From NCBI GenBank assembly GCA_047495785.1, contig JBLDXI010000001.1, forward strand, positions 2,356,001-2,420,000: a stretch of 64,000 nucleotides of DNA, written 5' to 3'. The position numbers and the translations under genes are program-made. Below are positions 1 to 14,165 of this stretch, in pieces (the first letter of the stretch is position 1; every line of letters starts with the position of its first letter). The notes below the pieces were generated by a model. The model did no database searches. It was not told the origin of the DNA and worked only from the letters and a program-made list of their open reading frames with translations. Source of the DNA: Lepidodermella squamata. Taxonomy: Eukaryota; Animalia; Gastrotricha.

Positions 1-2330
1 ATGGGTGCCAATGCGGAGCCGGATGGGCTGAATATTTGTGTGAACAGGAGTCGCAGCAATACGTTCGGGGTATCATCAGTCCCAGCTTTGATGGTTTGAT
101 TGGAAAATTGTTAGTCCTAAATTAGCAATACTAACGCTGTTTCTTACTGTTAATTCTCACTATTAATGCTCTGTTGATGTCCCAAAAATAGGATTAATAA
201 AACTTATCAATTACATCCAAATCAATCGGCTTGATGCCAGGTATCGCATGAAATCGATGTACTGGAACCCTGGTAGCTTTAACCTAGAAAGATAACTACA
301 TCGTTATCGAGGACTGCACTCGGAAAAACTATCTTCAATAAAATCATTTTGGCAATAATTGAACTCCTATATGAATCTCTTGTCATAGACTCTGGCGAAG
401 AAATGCGCCTTAAACAATGCGTGCACCCGCACCATGATTACTTGCGAAATGAAGATTAAAAAACTTGGATCGATAAACCTATAGGCGAGATATATTGGGT
501 GCCTCAATGAGGAAAGTGTCCTTTCAAGTAGGCTATATTATGCGGACGACCCCATTCCGAAGAAGCATAGCCATTCAAAAAATCCATCCTCAAACCAAAA
601 ATAGCTATTTTGCTGTATGTGGGACAGTATTAGACACAGTATTAGATTCTAAAATCGACTGTTTCGTTTTATTTTCGCAATAACCCGCTGCGGATATTAC
701 TCATTTCATGAACGCTCAGCATGAGCCCCATCAATGCACCGTCCAGCTGAGGTGAGAATTTTCAATAATTAAACGCTTTTTCCGCTGGAAATTGAAAAGC
801 AAAAATCAGTCAAGGATATCCGGCCTGATTTTTGTAATAAAAAACGCCATAACGACCCTGTTAATTACTTTGACCTTGAATTATTTGCCGAATGAAACAC
901 CGCACCCTGAACAAGTGCAATTTCTTGATAAGTCGAGTTATTTCTCTCAGAGCCAGATGAATTCGCAGTTCTGAAGTGGCAAGCTTTGACCAACGTGCGT
1001 CTAGAATAGTCGAAAAATGGGGAAAATTAATTATTTTCACGGCTTATAAATCCAAGACAGCATCAATAGATTTTGTCAAAAGCGATGCTATTTATGACAC
1101 CTTTTTGCGAAATATTTTTCAAACCAACTCAGACAAAGAATTAGTATATATATCATAGTATGCATATATATCAATAAAATTGCTGTTTGAATTATTAAAA
1201 ACGCCATGCCTAGTTTAGAAGACAATAGACAGCAAGTAGGCGCAGTTGGATGGCTGCAAGCTACGGGGCATGAATAATAATGTCAATATAATATTTAAGG
1301 TGGGAGTGTGTTAAATTCCGATACCTGGTATGACGTATGCTTTATTGCTTTTTGTTAATAAAAGAAATACCGGCGAGCAATTTTTAGCGACACAGCATGA
1401 CGTAGCCGTGTTGTAGAGGCCACCCTGCGCCAATTGACACGCGCTATTAAGGCGCGTTCGGGGCGATATTTGTTATTATTTCCATGCGTCACCTTACTTA
1501 TATAATATAGTCCAGCGCGAGTTCGATTCGGCGCGATGATTATTGGCCACTTTCTGCTCGCGCGAGTGTAATAAAAACATGCTCGAATTGACGTAGGTTT
1601 GTGTCACCTTGCGCCTTAAAAACTTTCCGCGATATTTACTCATCTCTCCTTATATACTGCTATTATTCTTGTTGTTATTTTCGCTCTTCTTTCCCCCTTA
1701 ATTATTTTCTAGTTTACTTTCATTTATCAACAATTTAATCGCTTTGTTAATAAAACAAAATGGTTTCGTTTTTCGATTTAGAAATTTCGAAGTAATATAT
1801 ACACACATATGAAAAATAGAATGCAAGGCGATTCGTTGAATGATTTACCTTTATGGGCGGCGCTTTTAATTGATTGAGGGCGCGCCCGGAGCGTTATCGC
1901 CCTTCTTCATCATCAGCATCATCATTCTGCGCGCACGGTGCGCTGCCCGCCGGCGTTCGCGCTGTTTCGCGCCGCTTCTCTTTTTCCTTCTACGCGATAT
2001 GCCAACAAGCATCGTAAGTTTTCACGCATATAAGTATATTATCCGCCTTAATACTCGATGAACTGATACAGAGGATAGTTTTTTTCACGCCTTGTTATAA
2101 TGACAATATTTATCCACCCCCGAGTTAAAACAAATCGTCAAAAACAACTCTTTTTAATCGTAATATCTATTATTCTTTTCGGCCGTGAAACACGCGAAAC
2201 GATAGATGAAGCTGTATTATTACGGCGCAGGGTATTTAACAAATTTTCGCCTGACTGATTTTTGCGCTGTATCGACTTTCCCGTGTGAAATTAACGCGCC
2301 ACCTTAACAAAACTGGATGTTCTTTCGCAG

Positions 2331-4645
2331 ATCTACCTGGTCCTATTGCTGGTAACATGCGGCCCGTCGCTGGCGGAAAATCGTGTCTGGATGAGTAATT
2401 TTGTTTAATAATTAAAATAAAATAATTAAGGAGGAATTTTTCATATAGCCTGTGATGAAGATTCAGAATGTGGGCCGAATGAAGTCTGCCAAAAAGCGAC
2501 AGATATGGTAAGGATTTTAGCCTAAATCATGGAAATTCCCACGATTTTTCTTCGATTTATAGGATAGACCTTGCTCAAAAGGCCTGTGTGCTTGTCGGCC
2601 GTGCTACGACATCTACAGCTGGTCTGATACATGCACAAGGCGTAAGTTGAACCTTGCGATTATTGCGATTATTTATATATTTTGATATATTTTTTAGCTG
2701 TTTATAAAATGCTATATGAAGCGTGTGAGCAAGTCGAGCAAGAAGGCGTCATTTATCCTCCGAATGCTAGGTGCTCAGAATCCGGTTTCGTCGAATGTTC
2801 GGATGGATATGAGGTAAAATTAATTTTATTAAAATTATTGAAAATTCACACGATATTTTATCGAAATTTTTAGGTTAAGGTATATAATAAATCAGCGAAA
2901 TTCAGAAAAAAGGCAAATTATAAAATACTGCATATTTTGAGTTGAAATGTCTCTTCCTCTTTCTACTGGTCACTTTTTTCATCAATTTTCTGAATTTTTT
3001 TAATAATTTCATTTTCCAAACTTTTAAATGTTGAATATTTTCTTGAATTCCAGGATAGCCAATCGCCGATTTTTGAGAAGACTTGCGCGCCGATTGGCGG
3101 CGAGCCAGAGTTGCCGGAGGACGAACAGCCGTGCGGTCGCAACTCGGAGTGCGCCGGAGATTTGGTGTGCAATAACGAATTCAAATGCACGTGCTATTTC
3201 GGTCACGAAAAGTGGGACAGGCGCAATAAAAAGTGCGTGAAGCGCGAATTCGGCGACTCGTGCCGCAGCGATGACGATTGCCGCGTTGCTGGCTACAACT
3301 GGCAAGGATACACGTAAGAAAAAGATCTGCTACAAGAAATATTTAGAATTTTAATCATGCAAATTATTTAGCAAATATTCCGAGAATTTTAGTAATTTTT
3401 ATTCAAAAATTCAATTTTTATCAATTTTATTTTTATTTTCAGATACAGCCATGGAGCATGTGTAGATGGCACTTGTTCGTGTTCGGACGATGGCCAAGCC
3501 ATAGTAGTCAGCTATTTCGAACCCGGCACCAGTGTGTTAAAGGTCAAAACCATTTGCGTGTCGGACCAAGCGCGCGTCAATTTGACCCAAGGCGCCGCTT
3601 GCACCCTTGACCCGATTCACAGCGGCGACACGCCCAATGCCCGCATCTGCCCTGCTCAATTTGTCTGCTACCAGTGCCCGGAGCAATATCTCTACGAACA
3701 AAGTCCAATATGCCGTAAATATTTTGAATTTTTTTAATGAAATTTCATTGAATTTTTTTATTTTCAGGTGCTGTTTTACCTTCGCCTCCAATCGCTCAAA
3801 ATTGTTTTCCGAGGCGGACGACTACTTCATCGTCAACTTCAACTTCAACCTCGACGTCAACGTCGACCTCAACTCGGCGACCCACAACTAGGATAGCACC
3901 GTCTAAATCCAGCTCAACAACTGCCATGTGGACAAGTTTATTGTGGCGAAATACTAATCAAATTATCACACTGACTGGCCTTACGAGAGGAACGGAGACA
4001 TATTTCAAAACTCAGTCTACTCCTCCACCTCAAACTTCACCTTCATGTAAGCTTCCTTAATTCGGTCTGAATATTTGCAACAGTTTCCAGAGCTAAATTT
4101 GAGCATCATAGGTACCGCTGAATATTTCAAATTTTTTCGATTTCAATTTTTTAAATTTTTTAATAATATTAAGACCCTAATCCTATTAATTAATTTAACC
4201 CAATTAAATTCTCAATTGGCTTCGATATTTTACAATTTCCTATTTAAATTTTTATGATTTTTTCAAATTTTCTATCGAATTTTAAATCATTTCAGATGAA
4301 GTTGTGGACATTGTTGATGTGGAAACCTTCAACAATATGCCGTCGAATCGCAATCCAGGCGCCCCGGTTGCCAGTGAAAAAGCGACAACTCGAGGCTTGC
4401 GTACGTATCCGCCGACTCGAAGCGGTCGCAGTAGTGCAAGTGGGTCAAACATCCGCATCTCAAATTCGCATTCGAACCTGATCTTCATTATCGCGACCTC
4501 ACTCGTTACATCTTTTATTACTGTTATGACACTAATATTTGATCTGCTGCATTTCAGTCGCTTTTATTTTCGAAATAATTTAGCCGTGCAACTACTGCTT
4601 TCGTTATTATTGCTAATAGCAGTGACACCTTCCGCGTCAACTTAG
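2331..4645 (+). CDS. Cys-rich EB-module-like cell-surface protein with Ser/Thr-rich stalk and hydrophobic C-terminus (start codon not located)
   Basis: Approximate GT-AG exons 2331-2394, 2449-2507, 2563-2641, 2698-2813, 3054-3313, 3443-3714, 3768-4046, 4296-4645 join into one frame: signal-like IYLVLLLVTCGPSLA, repeated Cys modules (CDEDSEC, CGRNSEC..C..CTC, FGDSCRSDDDC..CVDGTCSC), an STSTSTST tract and a hydrophobic tail (TM or GPI). Confidence 0.7.
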
Positions 4646-5146
4646 CGATAGTAGTTCCGCGTACAACCGAGACCCTAAAACAAATTATTTTCTGTGATTT
4701 GCGTTGAGTATATTTTGCCGAGAGGTACTGCAAAAACGACTCTTTTAGCGAATAAATTCGATTCGAAAATGAGCTTATTTTTATTGGAGAGGCTAACCTG
4801 CAACAATGCGTCGAATCTTGCTTATTTTAGAAACATATTAAACGAAAATCGCATAACTGAAAATGTTTTACACAAGCTGCAAGCCCTTATCGGCAGAGCT
4901 TTGGAAACATTTTTGGGAAAAAACAGTTCAAAGTCAGGCTTTCGAGCTGCATGGATTCGTTTTTTACGTCACAGGACAGACATCATTTTCAATTCCGGAC
5001 TCTGCCAACTCGTGTTTTCCTTGCTCAAGAAAGAAAAAATTGAAAATCGCAAAAAAATGGGAAAATGTAACGTGCTAATTTATTGCTGGAAGCTCGAATA
5101 ATATAGTTTGGAAAACTTAAACATTAGCCATAATAGTTGAGGATTT

Positions 5147-7128
5147 TTATTTCTGATTAGGTTTCAGCGCCAAATGTGTCTTGCTGAGTTTGCCGTCGCT
5201 GTCGACTTCAAAGACCATCGTCTCACCAGATGAGCAAGTTTTCAGGTATTCTTCCCGATATTGGGACAGGAATTTTCCGGAAGGACACTGGAATTCCCAG
5301 ATTGCGTACTTTGGCTCACCACCCTTCGAGTGAGCCGTAATTCTCACTGTTGACATAATAACGTTTTGCTGAAATTTCACGACGAATAAAATGAAGTGTT
5401 TTTACCTGATTGAATTCTTTTCGGCGGAAACATGAGGATTTGATGAGAATGAAAACCTGGGGATGGGGTAGTACAATCAGCCAAAAGAGCCCAGGATGGA
5501 TTTTCCTTCGACTGGCTAACGTCAACTTTGTAGCCGCACCTTTCGCTTCTTTCACTAACGCCGTATAGGAAGAAAGACATCGATGATACAATGCGCGATC
5601 TAGGAAGGGTAATTTCAACAGGCGCGAGATTATCGAGATAAGGAGATAAGGGATAAGGCCCACCAGGCCAAGGCGTTAGCGCGATGTTGGCATCAAAACC
5701 AGAAACGATCGTTCCATTGTCCTGAGTCGCTAGATCAAAGGAATGATATAACTAGGTTAATAACACAAGGTCTCACTTTAAAACTAGAACCAAGTTTTTA
5801 TAATACATACCTATATTTTAAAAACTTACCTGCAAAACCTTCAAAAATGAGGCTCAGGAAATTTCGGAGAATTTGTGAATTTTATCATGAAATTAATGAA
5901 AGAAATGAATGAATACATGCGAGGAAAATCCCGAATGTTACCCAGCACGGCTTAACGGATTAAATTAGAATCAACAAACCATAAGAGACTATTTCCCCGC
6001 AGAAATGTTTCCGAGGAATCTCATCGCGTCGTTTGTCAGCGAGTTCATCAATATCATCGCCATGCATGAAATGGCTATTAACGAAAAGCTGGAGCAGCGG
6101 GAGCGTGCTTTTTAACGTGAGCCCGTCCATCTTAACTAGTGACAGTCGGATTTTGTCGATGACATCGCTGATCTCAGGAAGCTTCTGTTTCCTCTGCCAG
6201 CGGCACACAGCCAAAGCGATTTCAACCTCAGGAGCGTGGAGGAAATCGTCCGAGATCACGTCCAGCAAAGCTTGTTTCGAAAGATCTTCAAATGACCGGC
6301 TTTTCAGGGCAGTTGTAGCGTTTTGGTAGATGAATCGTCGAGTTGCATCAAGAAGGTCTCCATCGCCGAAAACGACAGCCAAGTCGAAGATGAGCCACAC
6401 GGATTCCGAGTCAATAGCGCACTTAAAAATATGGAATAAAAAATTATTATTAAGATATCATCAGTATTGATCAAGAATAATTGAACAGCGAAATACCCGA
6501 AATTTTGGGGAAATCTGCTAGTTTAATCCCAGTTTTAATGCAAATGTATGCACCTTCGAAAGAAAATGTACGAACTCCTCATAAATCACACACAAGAAAT
6601 GTAGGTCAAATACTTTAGGTCAGATACCTCAAATCTGAAATTAAAGAGCTATCTGTAATTTGAAAGAAAGCCCGATCGCCTCCAGCTCGTTGATAAATTG
6701 TCTAATTTTTCTAATTTATTTGAAATCGATCGAACCTCAACTAAAATGTCCGCCAGCAAGCGAAATAAATCGGTGACTTGATACTCATGAGCCATGCAAA
6801 GTAGTGCCAGAGCTGTTTCAAGATCGAGTTGGCTGGCCTTCAAACAGCCAGAGTACAAAAAGCTGAGGAAAATTCGAACGGTTCCTTCAGTCTTGCCAGG
6901 GAGCTTTACTTCACCCAGTCTGCCCTCTTTGAACCCAGCACCACCACATAGCATCCCGGCGAACACCGGCGAATGAGCAGCCAAAACAGTTCGATGCGCT
7001 TTAAATCGCGCACCTTTGTCCAAAATTAGCTCAACGTCAGTGAAGCTCGAGGATTCGAACATTTTCATGAAAGCACTGCTCAAAAAGTCTCCCCTCACAA
7101 CATCAGGCATTCCACTAAAATAAGTCAT
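5147..7128 (-). CDS. BTB/POZ-BACK-discoidin(F5/8C)-like protein, BTBD9-like paralog 1
   Basis: Exon 1 (7128-6736) encodes the BTB motif FTDVELILD..FKAHRTVLAAHSPVFAGML. Exon 2 (6421-~5979) encodes BACK (FEDLSKQALLDVISDDFLHAPEVEIALAVCRW). The 3' exons give QILMFPPKRI..VRITAH..IWEFQC, resembling BTBD9 QKLYFPARV..IRIVGTH..AFEC. Colinear with the paralog at 42701. Confidence 0.8.
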
Positions 7129-7627
7129 TATCAAATATGGGGAAAATTTCTACGAAAACTGAAATTTACTGGTAAAAATAATCACGTAAAAATGATGCTG
7201 GTTTTAAAGCAATGTTAGCTTTTCGGGACTTCGTTAAATTGAAGAGATGTAATAACTTCGAAAACCATTTTTTCGCTGTTTTTGGCAAGTTCTGAGATAC
7301 TTAGCGCGATAGCTACATTCGAAGTTTGGGCTCTCGAATTGATAAACCGTAGTTACCGAAATATAAGCTCTCCCTCGTTTAGAGGCCTGGATAAATTTCG
7401 AATGGTGCCTAGGCACGTGCGAAACGTGTGCTCTGACGCACGTGCTGAACACTTCTTTGACATCACCAGCGAAATTTAGCAGCTGAGTAACCTGCTGAAA
7501 TGATTCATCAAGAGCTTATGCTTTCCTGGTCGCGTGCCCAGTTTTTCACTAGTAAAGAACTCTATAATAAGTGCAGCCAAATCAACGCAACTGACAAGTG
7601 ATTTCGGGTGGCTACTTCAACCTAATT

Positions 7628-8028
7628 TATGTCAAATGACCTGTCCTTAAATTTGGACGGGGGAAATATGGCATAATGGCCCAGCCTCCAGCTCGGCGCC
7701 CATCTAATCCAAATTTTCGGCCGGTCTTTGGTAGAAAAAATCGGAAAGAGTCACGTTTTCGCACGGTGGTTATTATTGCTTTTCGAGCATTTTGCAAAAA
7801 ATCGCCAAATGAAATCATGGCGCCAAGTGCAAAGATTATGATTCATGCTACCAAATAACCAGCAATCAGGCCCGTATCATTAAATTTATCGCTAAATTTT
7901 GTAGGTTTTGAAAAATTCCAGAAAAATAACGCGAAACCGGCCGGAAATTTGGATTAGCTGGAGGCTGGACCTTTATGCCCTATTTATCCCGTCGAAATTG
8001 AAGGGCACGGGGCACGTCATTTGAGATA
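7628..8028. mobile_element. MITE-like element (~400 bp) with ~90-bp imperfect terminal inverted repeats
   Basis: 7628-7725 (tatgtcaaatgac...ccagcctccagct...aatccaaattttcggccggt) is the imperfect reverse complement of 7936-8028 (accggccggaaatttggattagctggaggctgg...gtcatttgagata). Both ends are TA and there is no credible coding capacity. Confidence 0.75.
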
Positions 8029-10076
8029 TGGTTTAAATAGAAGCCCTAAATCGCTGAATCAAGTTGAATCAAGTTTCCAAGTCCGAACCGCTCGGACTGC
8101 TCAACAAACCTCAGCCCTGCCCATCGTTTACATCATTCAATATTTCTCATTTTCAGTATTCGAGTTTGGCTCCAAAATAAAACCATTTTTTGATTATTGC
8201 TTCGATTATCGGTGTTAAACAATTTATTCGGAATTGACGATAATCCCTTTTCAAGGAGACATATCTTCTGTTTGTGGGTGCAGTAGTTAATTCGAGCAAT
8301 ATTGATCATTAGCTCATTTTTTGCCGTTGCCAAGCGTTCGGACACTGTAATCACCTTCGGAAACTAGAGCGGTATCGAATCTCCTAAAATCTCGTCTCAT
8401 AACGCAGCTTAATTACAAATTTTAATATCAGTGCATTAATTTTTTATCATCAGAAGCTGTAAGCACATGGAGCCCAGGAGGTGTTTTCCTAACGACTCTA
8501 CTATCGACAAATACGCAGTCATCAATATCACTCCAGGTATTGCAGTGCACTCTGTTTGCTCAAACAGACTTTTCTCTAAAACGTTATATACCTACCCAAA
8601 GCGCATTATATAGCCGGCGAGAAAATTGCGCGAAAAAATAACAGCATCGAAAAATTCTTGGGACGACTTGAGCCCAGCACCTTGAAAGTTGTTACGGCTT
8701 GTTTGCCGATAGCTATACCCACCTATATTGCAACTATATTGGCAGGGTGAGACAAAGGGTGCCGTTAAATTATTGCTTTTCACTGCTGTATACTGCAAGA
8801 AAAGAAGAACAAATAATCTTTTTCCTGTGTGTGGGTTTGGCAAAGCACCGTTTTATTATCTCCCTCAGGCGCCTCTTTCTCCTCAGAGGTAACAATGATA
8901 TAGAGAGCGAGAAGCGCGCGTGCGAGGCTATAAACAAAGTGCGCGCGGCAGGCTCGTAAAAAATGAGCAATCATCATCACAGCCCATCATTGCGATATAA
9001 ATCAAGCCGTTGCCTTCATCTGTTGTCATTATCCAAGTTTCGGTTCGTTCTCAGGTGATTATGCCAATATAAAATACATCGCGTGATTTTTTTTTCAAGT
9101 CTAGCCTGATGGCTATTTTTTTATATTCAGAATAAATTAATGCCCATTTAAACTTTTGACTACCACGCGAAAAATGTTTTTCTCTAGGCCGTTAATTGCG
9201 GATTTTCGCCGTATATTTTTTTCCGACTGCCATTTAAACCCGGTGCAATCTAAAATTTTATCGCACCATTACTTGGGAAATTATCAAAGTTTTAGCCCTC
9301 TGATTAAGAAAAAAACGCGCATTGTTATTTACTTTTTAATTTTTTCCGATAATAAATGTCTCGCGAAATTTCCGGCCATTATTGCGCGCATCGATGAGCA
9401 CACTCATCTTTCAGCTGACCTCGCTTACTCACTCAGCCAGTCGCGATTGCTGAGTCACGCTTTTATAATATATAATATAATATCGACAAATAATAACTGG
9501 GTCGATTTATATCTCTTGAAAAATCTCACTCGGCCACCGCGTCATTCTTTTACTATAAAATATAAACACACAAATATATATTAATTGTTATAATAAAACC
9601 GTGGCTACGAAAAATTCTGCTGTGTTGGAGAAAACAAATTGTTATTTATTATCGAGATTTTCCTGTCGTGTTATTTTGATGTGCGTAAATTTTACTTGTA
9701 AACTACTATTATTACTAAAGGCGACATTTATAACTGCTGCCGCTGTTTTTGTTTGATAATAATTTTATTATAAAATTTAATTTTGCACCACACGCCCATC
9801 CGTCATTAAGCGGCTAGCCAGCGCCCGCGGCGCCTAGTTACAAATTGCTAACTTGATATTTCCTGTCCCTCTGAAAAGTAAAAGGGAAGAATAACAATTT
9901 ACGCATTTTTTCCTTTTCCCTTGATATTTTTCGCACTGGCGATTTTTTAACCTAAAATTAGAATATTTTAATTTTTTAGATAAAATGGCTAAAATATTAA
10001 TTATTAATTTAATATTTTGCAATTAATTTTGGGACATTTTTTCGATGTGCCATGAAAATTTTCGAATCTCCTGCGA

Positions 10077-13000
10077 ATGTGTCAGTTGCGGCAATTTGTG
10101 ATCAGCATCTGGCTCGTTTCGACGCTAAATTTACTTCTCGCGTTGAAGTTCGACAACAGCACCGCAGGTGAGACTGCCGAACCGCCGCCGGTGCCGAATC
10201 CATCGACAAAGGGCGTCGGGTTGTTGAACCATCTGCTCGACCACGAACACACAACTACACCGACGACTACAACAACGGTATATGTTAAACCATCAACTTC
10301 AACAAGGAAATTCGGGCCTAAAAATTCCAAAGTAATTGGTGGTATAGATGTGATGGAAAATGAGAGATTGACATACATCAGCACCCGGTTTCTACTTTAC
10401 CACGATTTGTTGTTTCATTTTCTAACACCGCATCAAGCTTGAAGTTTCCGATTTGTTGCCAAATATAATAGGTATAGCGAAGTAAAATGGCGTTACTTTG
10501 TTAGACACCGTTTATTTAAAGGCTTGTATTATAGGCTAGCAATTTTGAAATTTATCTAACTTGATGTTTTTTAATTCATTTCAGTACGTGCCGCCTATAA
10601 TATTGCCGACTCAAGGACCACAATATGCATTCATACCCTACGTCGACTTCATGCTGGCCAGCATTGCGAATTCAACGTGGCCAGAGGATTTGTCATTTTG
10701 TAAGTCACGATCGTGAATTTCAAGGTGTCAAAAATCCTGTTATCAATAACACTCAGGGGTCACCCCAACTTTGAAGTTGATAATTTCGATGTCGATAATT
10801 GTTTATAATTTTTTCAATTTTTTCAATTTTTTCAAACCAAGCAAGTTTTTTTAGTATTTGATGAGCTGGATTTTTTTCGAAAATGTGGTTCAAACGTCGA
10901 AATTGCCGTGCCAAGTGTTTGAGCGTAGGCCAAATTTAAAATTTGGATCCACCAATATGTTTTGACTTTTCCAGAAATTTTCCAGAACATTTTTTGTAGA
11001 TTTCCCGATCATTACCGTATTTTGTTCCAATAATAGCCCATTCACTAATAGTAGCCCAGGGTTGAGGGGTTTTCGAAAGTTGGTTCGAAAATTACAAAAA
11101 TGAACGATTCATCAAAAATCTTCGAATTTTTCAAAATTGCGAGGTTTACATTTTAGTAGCCCCGGCGTATAGGAACAAATTACGGTATATTTTATTTTTA
11201 TTTTTTTATTTCAATAGATTTTTTATTTTTTTTTCATATTAGGAAATCTGATAGGATAAATGGAAAATATTTTTTTTAACATCAAATTCACTTTTTTCAA
11301 CATCAAATTACTTTTTCTATCATCAAACTCTTTTCTCAACAGCAAAATTCAGAAATTATTATTTGATAAGGAAGGATATACTTTCATGGTGAAGTTGTGG
11401 ATTTTAAGTGCCTATCACCTCGGGTGATAATAGCGTGGCCCAGACTCGTGCCAGACCGATGAACAAAACTTCTGAGTAGCACGCCTCAGGAAGGCGTGCT
11501 CATGAAAGGAAGATATTATCAACAATCAACAAGGGGTCTGCGCTAATCGATTATTGGATTCTTTGGCGATTCGTAGTGGTTGAAAGATATTTTGAATTAT
11601 AAAGAGACCTCGCAAACGGTGACGACATCACCTATTGTTATTGTCGCTACTGCGAAAGTCCGGCTACGATGTCAACGATGTCAGTGCCAGGCAAAGTTGC
11701 TTCTCGGCGGCGAGACATAGGTGCTGATGGCATCCGGGGCGAAACAGCGTCACAAGACGGCGTAAAACGTTCCGGCGGCTTGACCTTGAAGGGCCCTGAC
11801 TAATTTCACTCATTTGAATCATTGTCTTCGCAAAAATAAGAATCGTAAAATTATTCGGACAAATATTAAAAAATTCAATATTTTTTGGCCAAAAATCAAA
11901 TATTTGTCCATAACTTTGCAAAATTGCAGCTAACTCAATTTTCTATAATTTCTTGAACGGGTTCGACAGCAACAAACTACATTGTTCTTCCGAATTTTCT
12001 GTTATTTTTCCGGACCGGTCATCATCAAGGGCTTTAATGAGTGTGGATCGCAAAAATTAAGATATCGAAATTTGCTGTTGAAAAACGAGTTTGATGATAG
12101 AAAAAGTAATTTGATGTTGAAAAAAGTAAATTTGATGTTAAAAAAAATGTGACCCGGATAAATATAGATACCTATATAGTTAGTGTTCTATTACGTCAAT
12201 TATTTCACTTTTGGGTCTTTGAAAAGGTGAACTAATTACGATTTATTGACTGGACCGCCCGGAAAATGTCAATTGTAATTCGATGCGTCATTGAAACTTC
12301 TATGCCGCTGTCTGATATAGGTCTAATTTACTACTATATCGCTACAAATTTCTTTCAAATTGTGCGGGGGATTCTCCTCGGGGATCATCCCGAACTCACT
12401 AGGGATTTATTATTGGAATAAGACGAAGTAAAAATTGCTTCGTTTTTTATAGTTGAATAGAACAGGAAAAATAGCCTAATTGATGAACCTATTTGCCTGT
12501 TTCCTATGTCATTTTCAATGGCATGGATCATATTCAAATTTCAAAACGATTCAATTTTTTCATAATATTTGTCCTCAAATTCGTGTATTATTTCCTTTCA
12601 GCAACTTGCTCAAGTGACGATCAGTGTCTCCCGAACGAAGACTGCCACCGGTCGTTCGGCTGCTTGCGCGGCGTTTGCGCCGATTTGCTAGCGCCCGAGT
12701 TTCAGTTCGCCATTGACGCTTCATCGCCAGCCGGCCACCAGCGGGCGATAAGTGCTACGTCACGCGCTCGATTTCACTCGTCGAGCAACAACAGGGTGAA
12801 CAGAAACCGGCTGAAAATAACGTCGACGCAGCTGGCCGGCCGGCGGACGAAGAACTTGCCGGGCGTGAATGTGAAGCCCGTCTACGGCATGCGATGCACA
12901 ACCGGTGAAGACTGCTTGGTCATCGGCCGCCGGCCTGGCTCTGTGCCGTGTATCCGCAACGGCACCGATGACTCATCATTCTGCTTGTGCCCGCCACAAT

Positions 13001-14165
13001 CGTTTTTCTACCGCGAGTCCTATTGTAAATTATGTAAGCCTTCTCATTTTTTCGCATAAAATGATTGATTTCAAGCTTTTTTGTGTGAAATTTAGCTGGG
13101 ATCTTGTTTAATTCGCCAATGATGCATAAATTTACAGAGCCCCAAATTAGCTACACAGTAAAGTTGGCTGATATATACCCTCAGGTACCGTAGGGGAGGG
13201 CAATTTTGAACAAACCCACGTTTTTCGAGGATAAAAAATCAGTCCTAATTCAGAAATCGATGATTTTTAATAGTAAGGTGTGTAAAATGAGCCCGATTTA
13301 TCAGCTCCGATTTATCGGAAAAATTTGGTGATTTTTGGATGTTTACCTGATTTTTGGCGATCGAAGACATTTATGGCTAAAGATGGACAATTAGCGGGCA
13401 ATTCTGGACGCGCTCATTTGCGTACGGAATGGCATTGTGCATTTTCAGTTTTTCCAGGTTTTGGGTCAAATTTGGAAAAATATTGCCCGATTTTCACCTG
13501 AACTTCACGTGATGCCCTGCAAAATTTTTCAATTTTTTCAAGATTATTTTAATAGATGTTTGGGAATATTTTGTAAAATAAAACCTATTTAAATTTTAAA
13601 TGATACCATGACCCACATTATTTTATCTTTAATTTTCATATTTTTATTAATTCCCCACTTTCTAGATGATTACGGCGACTCTTGTACAAAAGATTCTCAG
13701 TGCAACAATTTATTCATGATGCAAGACCGCATGGCATGCCGCGACGGCCTGTGCGACTGCAGCGACGGCTACGCACCCGTCACGGTGTCCCTGCTGCGCG
13801 CCGGCTGGGGCGCCGAGACCCCGCCCCGCTGGCTCGCCTCCGCAACGCCGCCCCGCGACTCGCTGCAGACGTTCTGCCTGCGTGACCACATCGGTGCTTT
13901 CATAGGCGGCCTCGGCGTCGGCTTCAACTGCACGATCGACGTGTTGGGCTCGCCGACGCCTCGCATCTGCGCCGACGGCCTCACGTGCCTGTTTTGCGCG
14001 GGCGACGTCGGCGAAGGCACGTGCGTCGAATTTCCACTACAACACCTCGTAACAACTACAATCGCTAGCAATTCAGTGTCGTCTACTTCACTACAACTTA
14101 CGTTTACAGTGAAAATATTCCCAGTTGTGTCATTGTTGCTTTGTTATTATCATTTTCGCCACTGA
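10077..14165 (+). CDS. Secreted, probably GPI-anchored Cys-rich EB-module-like protein, related to the gene at 2331
   Basis: Signal peptide MCQLRQFVISIWLVSTLNLLLA and a Thr-rich tract. Exons 10077-10277, 10585-10699, 12602-~13033 and 13667-14165 are phase-compatible. Modules include CSSDDQC, YGDSCTKDSQC..CRDGLCDCSDG and CTID..TPRIC..C..C. Hydrophobic C-terminus. Confidence 0.75.
11013..11187 (-). mobile_element. Tc1/mariner(pogo)-type MITE, family C copy 1 (intronic)
   Basis: TIRs TAccgtattttgttcc...ggaacaaattacggTA. The body 11094-11187 is the reverse complement of 36275-36372. Confidence 0.75.
11268..12150. mobile_element. Foldback-like element (~880 bp) with ~80-bp modular TIRs, intronic
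   Basis: 11268-11350 and 12066-12150 are near-perfect inverted repeats, each built from ~20-bp subrepeats (tttttcaacatcaaatta). A 9-bp-stem hairpin lies inside at 11478-11500. Confidence 0.75.
13234..13315 (+). repeat. Dispersed repeat family D copy (second copy at 34870-34945)
   Basis: aaaatcagtc(c/t)taattcagaaatcgatgattttt...gtgtgtaa...ccgatttatc occurs at both positions. Confidence 0.65.

Noticed and set aside
1-600. Possible minus-strand spliced exons (e.g. LKLPGFQYIDFMRYL|MTNNFPIKPSKLGLMIPRTYCCDSC) running off the window edge
   Set aside because: No recognisable domain, and the upstream candidate exons contain stops, so a gene model cannot be supported.
4694-5101. 135-aa ORF between convergent genes
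   Set aside because: Non-ATG start, AT-rich, no motif; probably intergenic or repeat-derived.
11271-11340. Short direct repeats resembling a CRISPR array
   Set aside because: No unique spacers and a eukaryotic intron context; they are subrepeats of a terminal inverted repeat.
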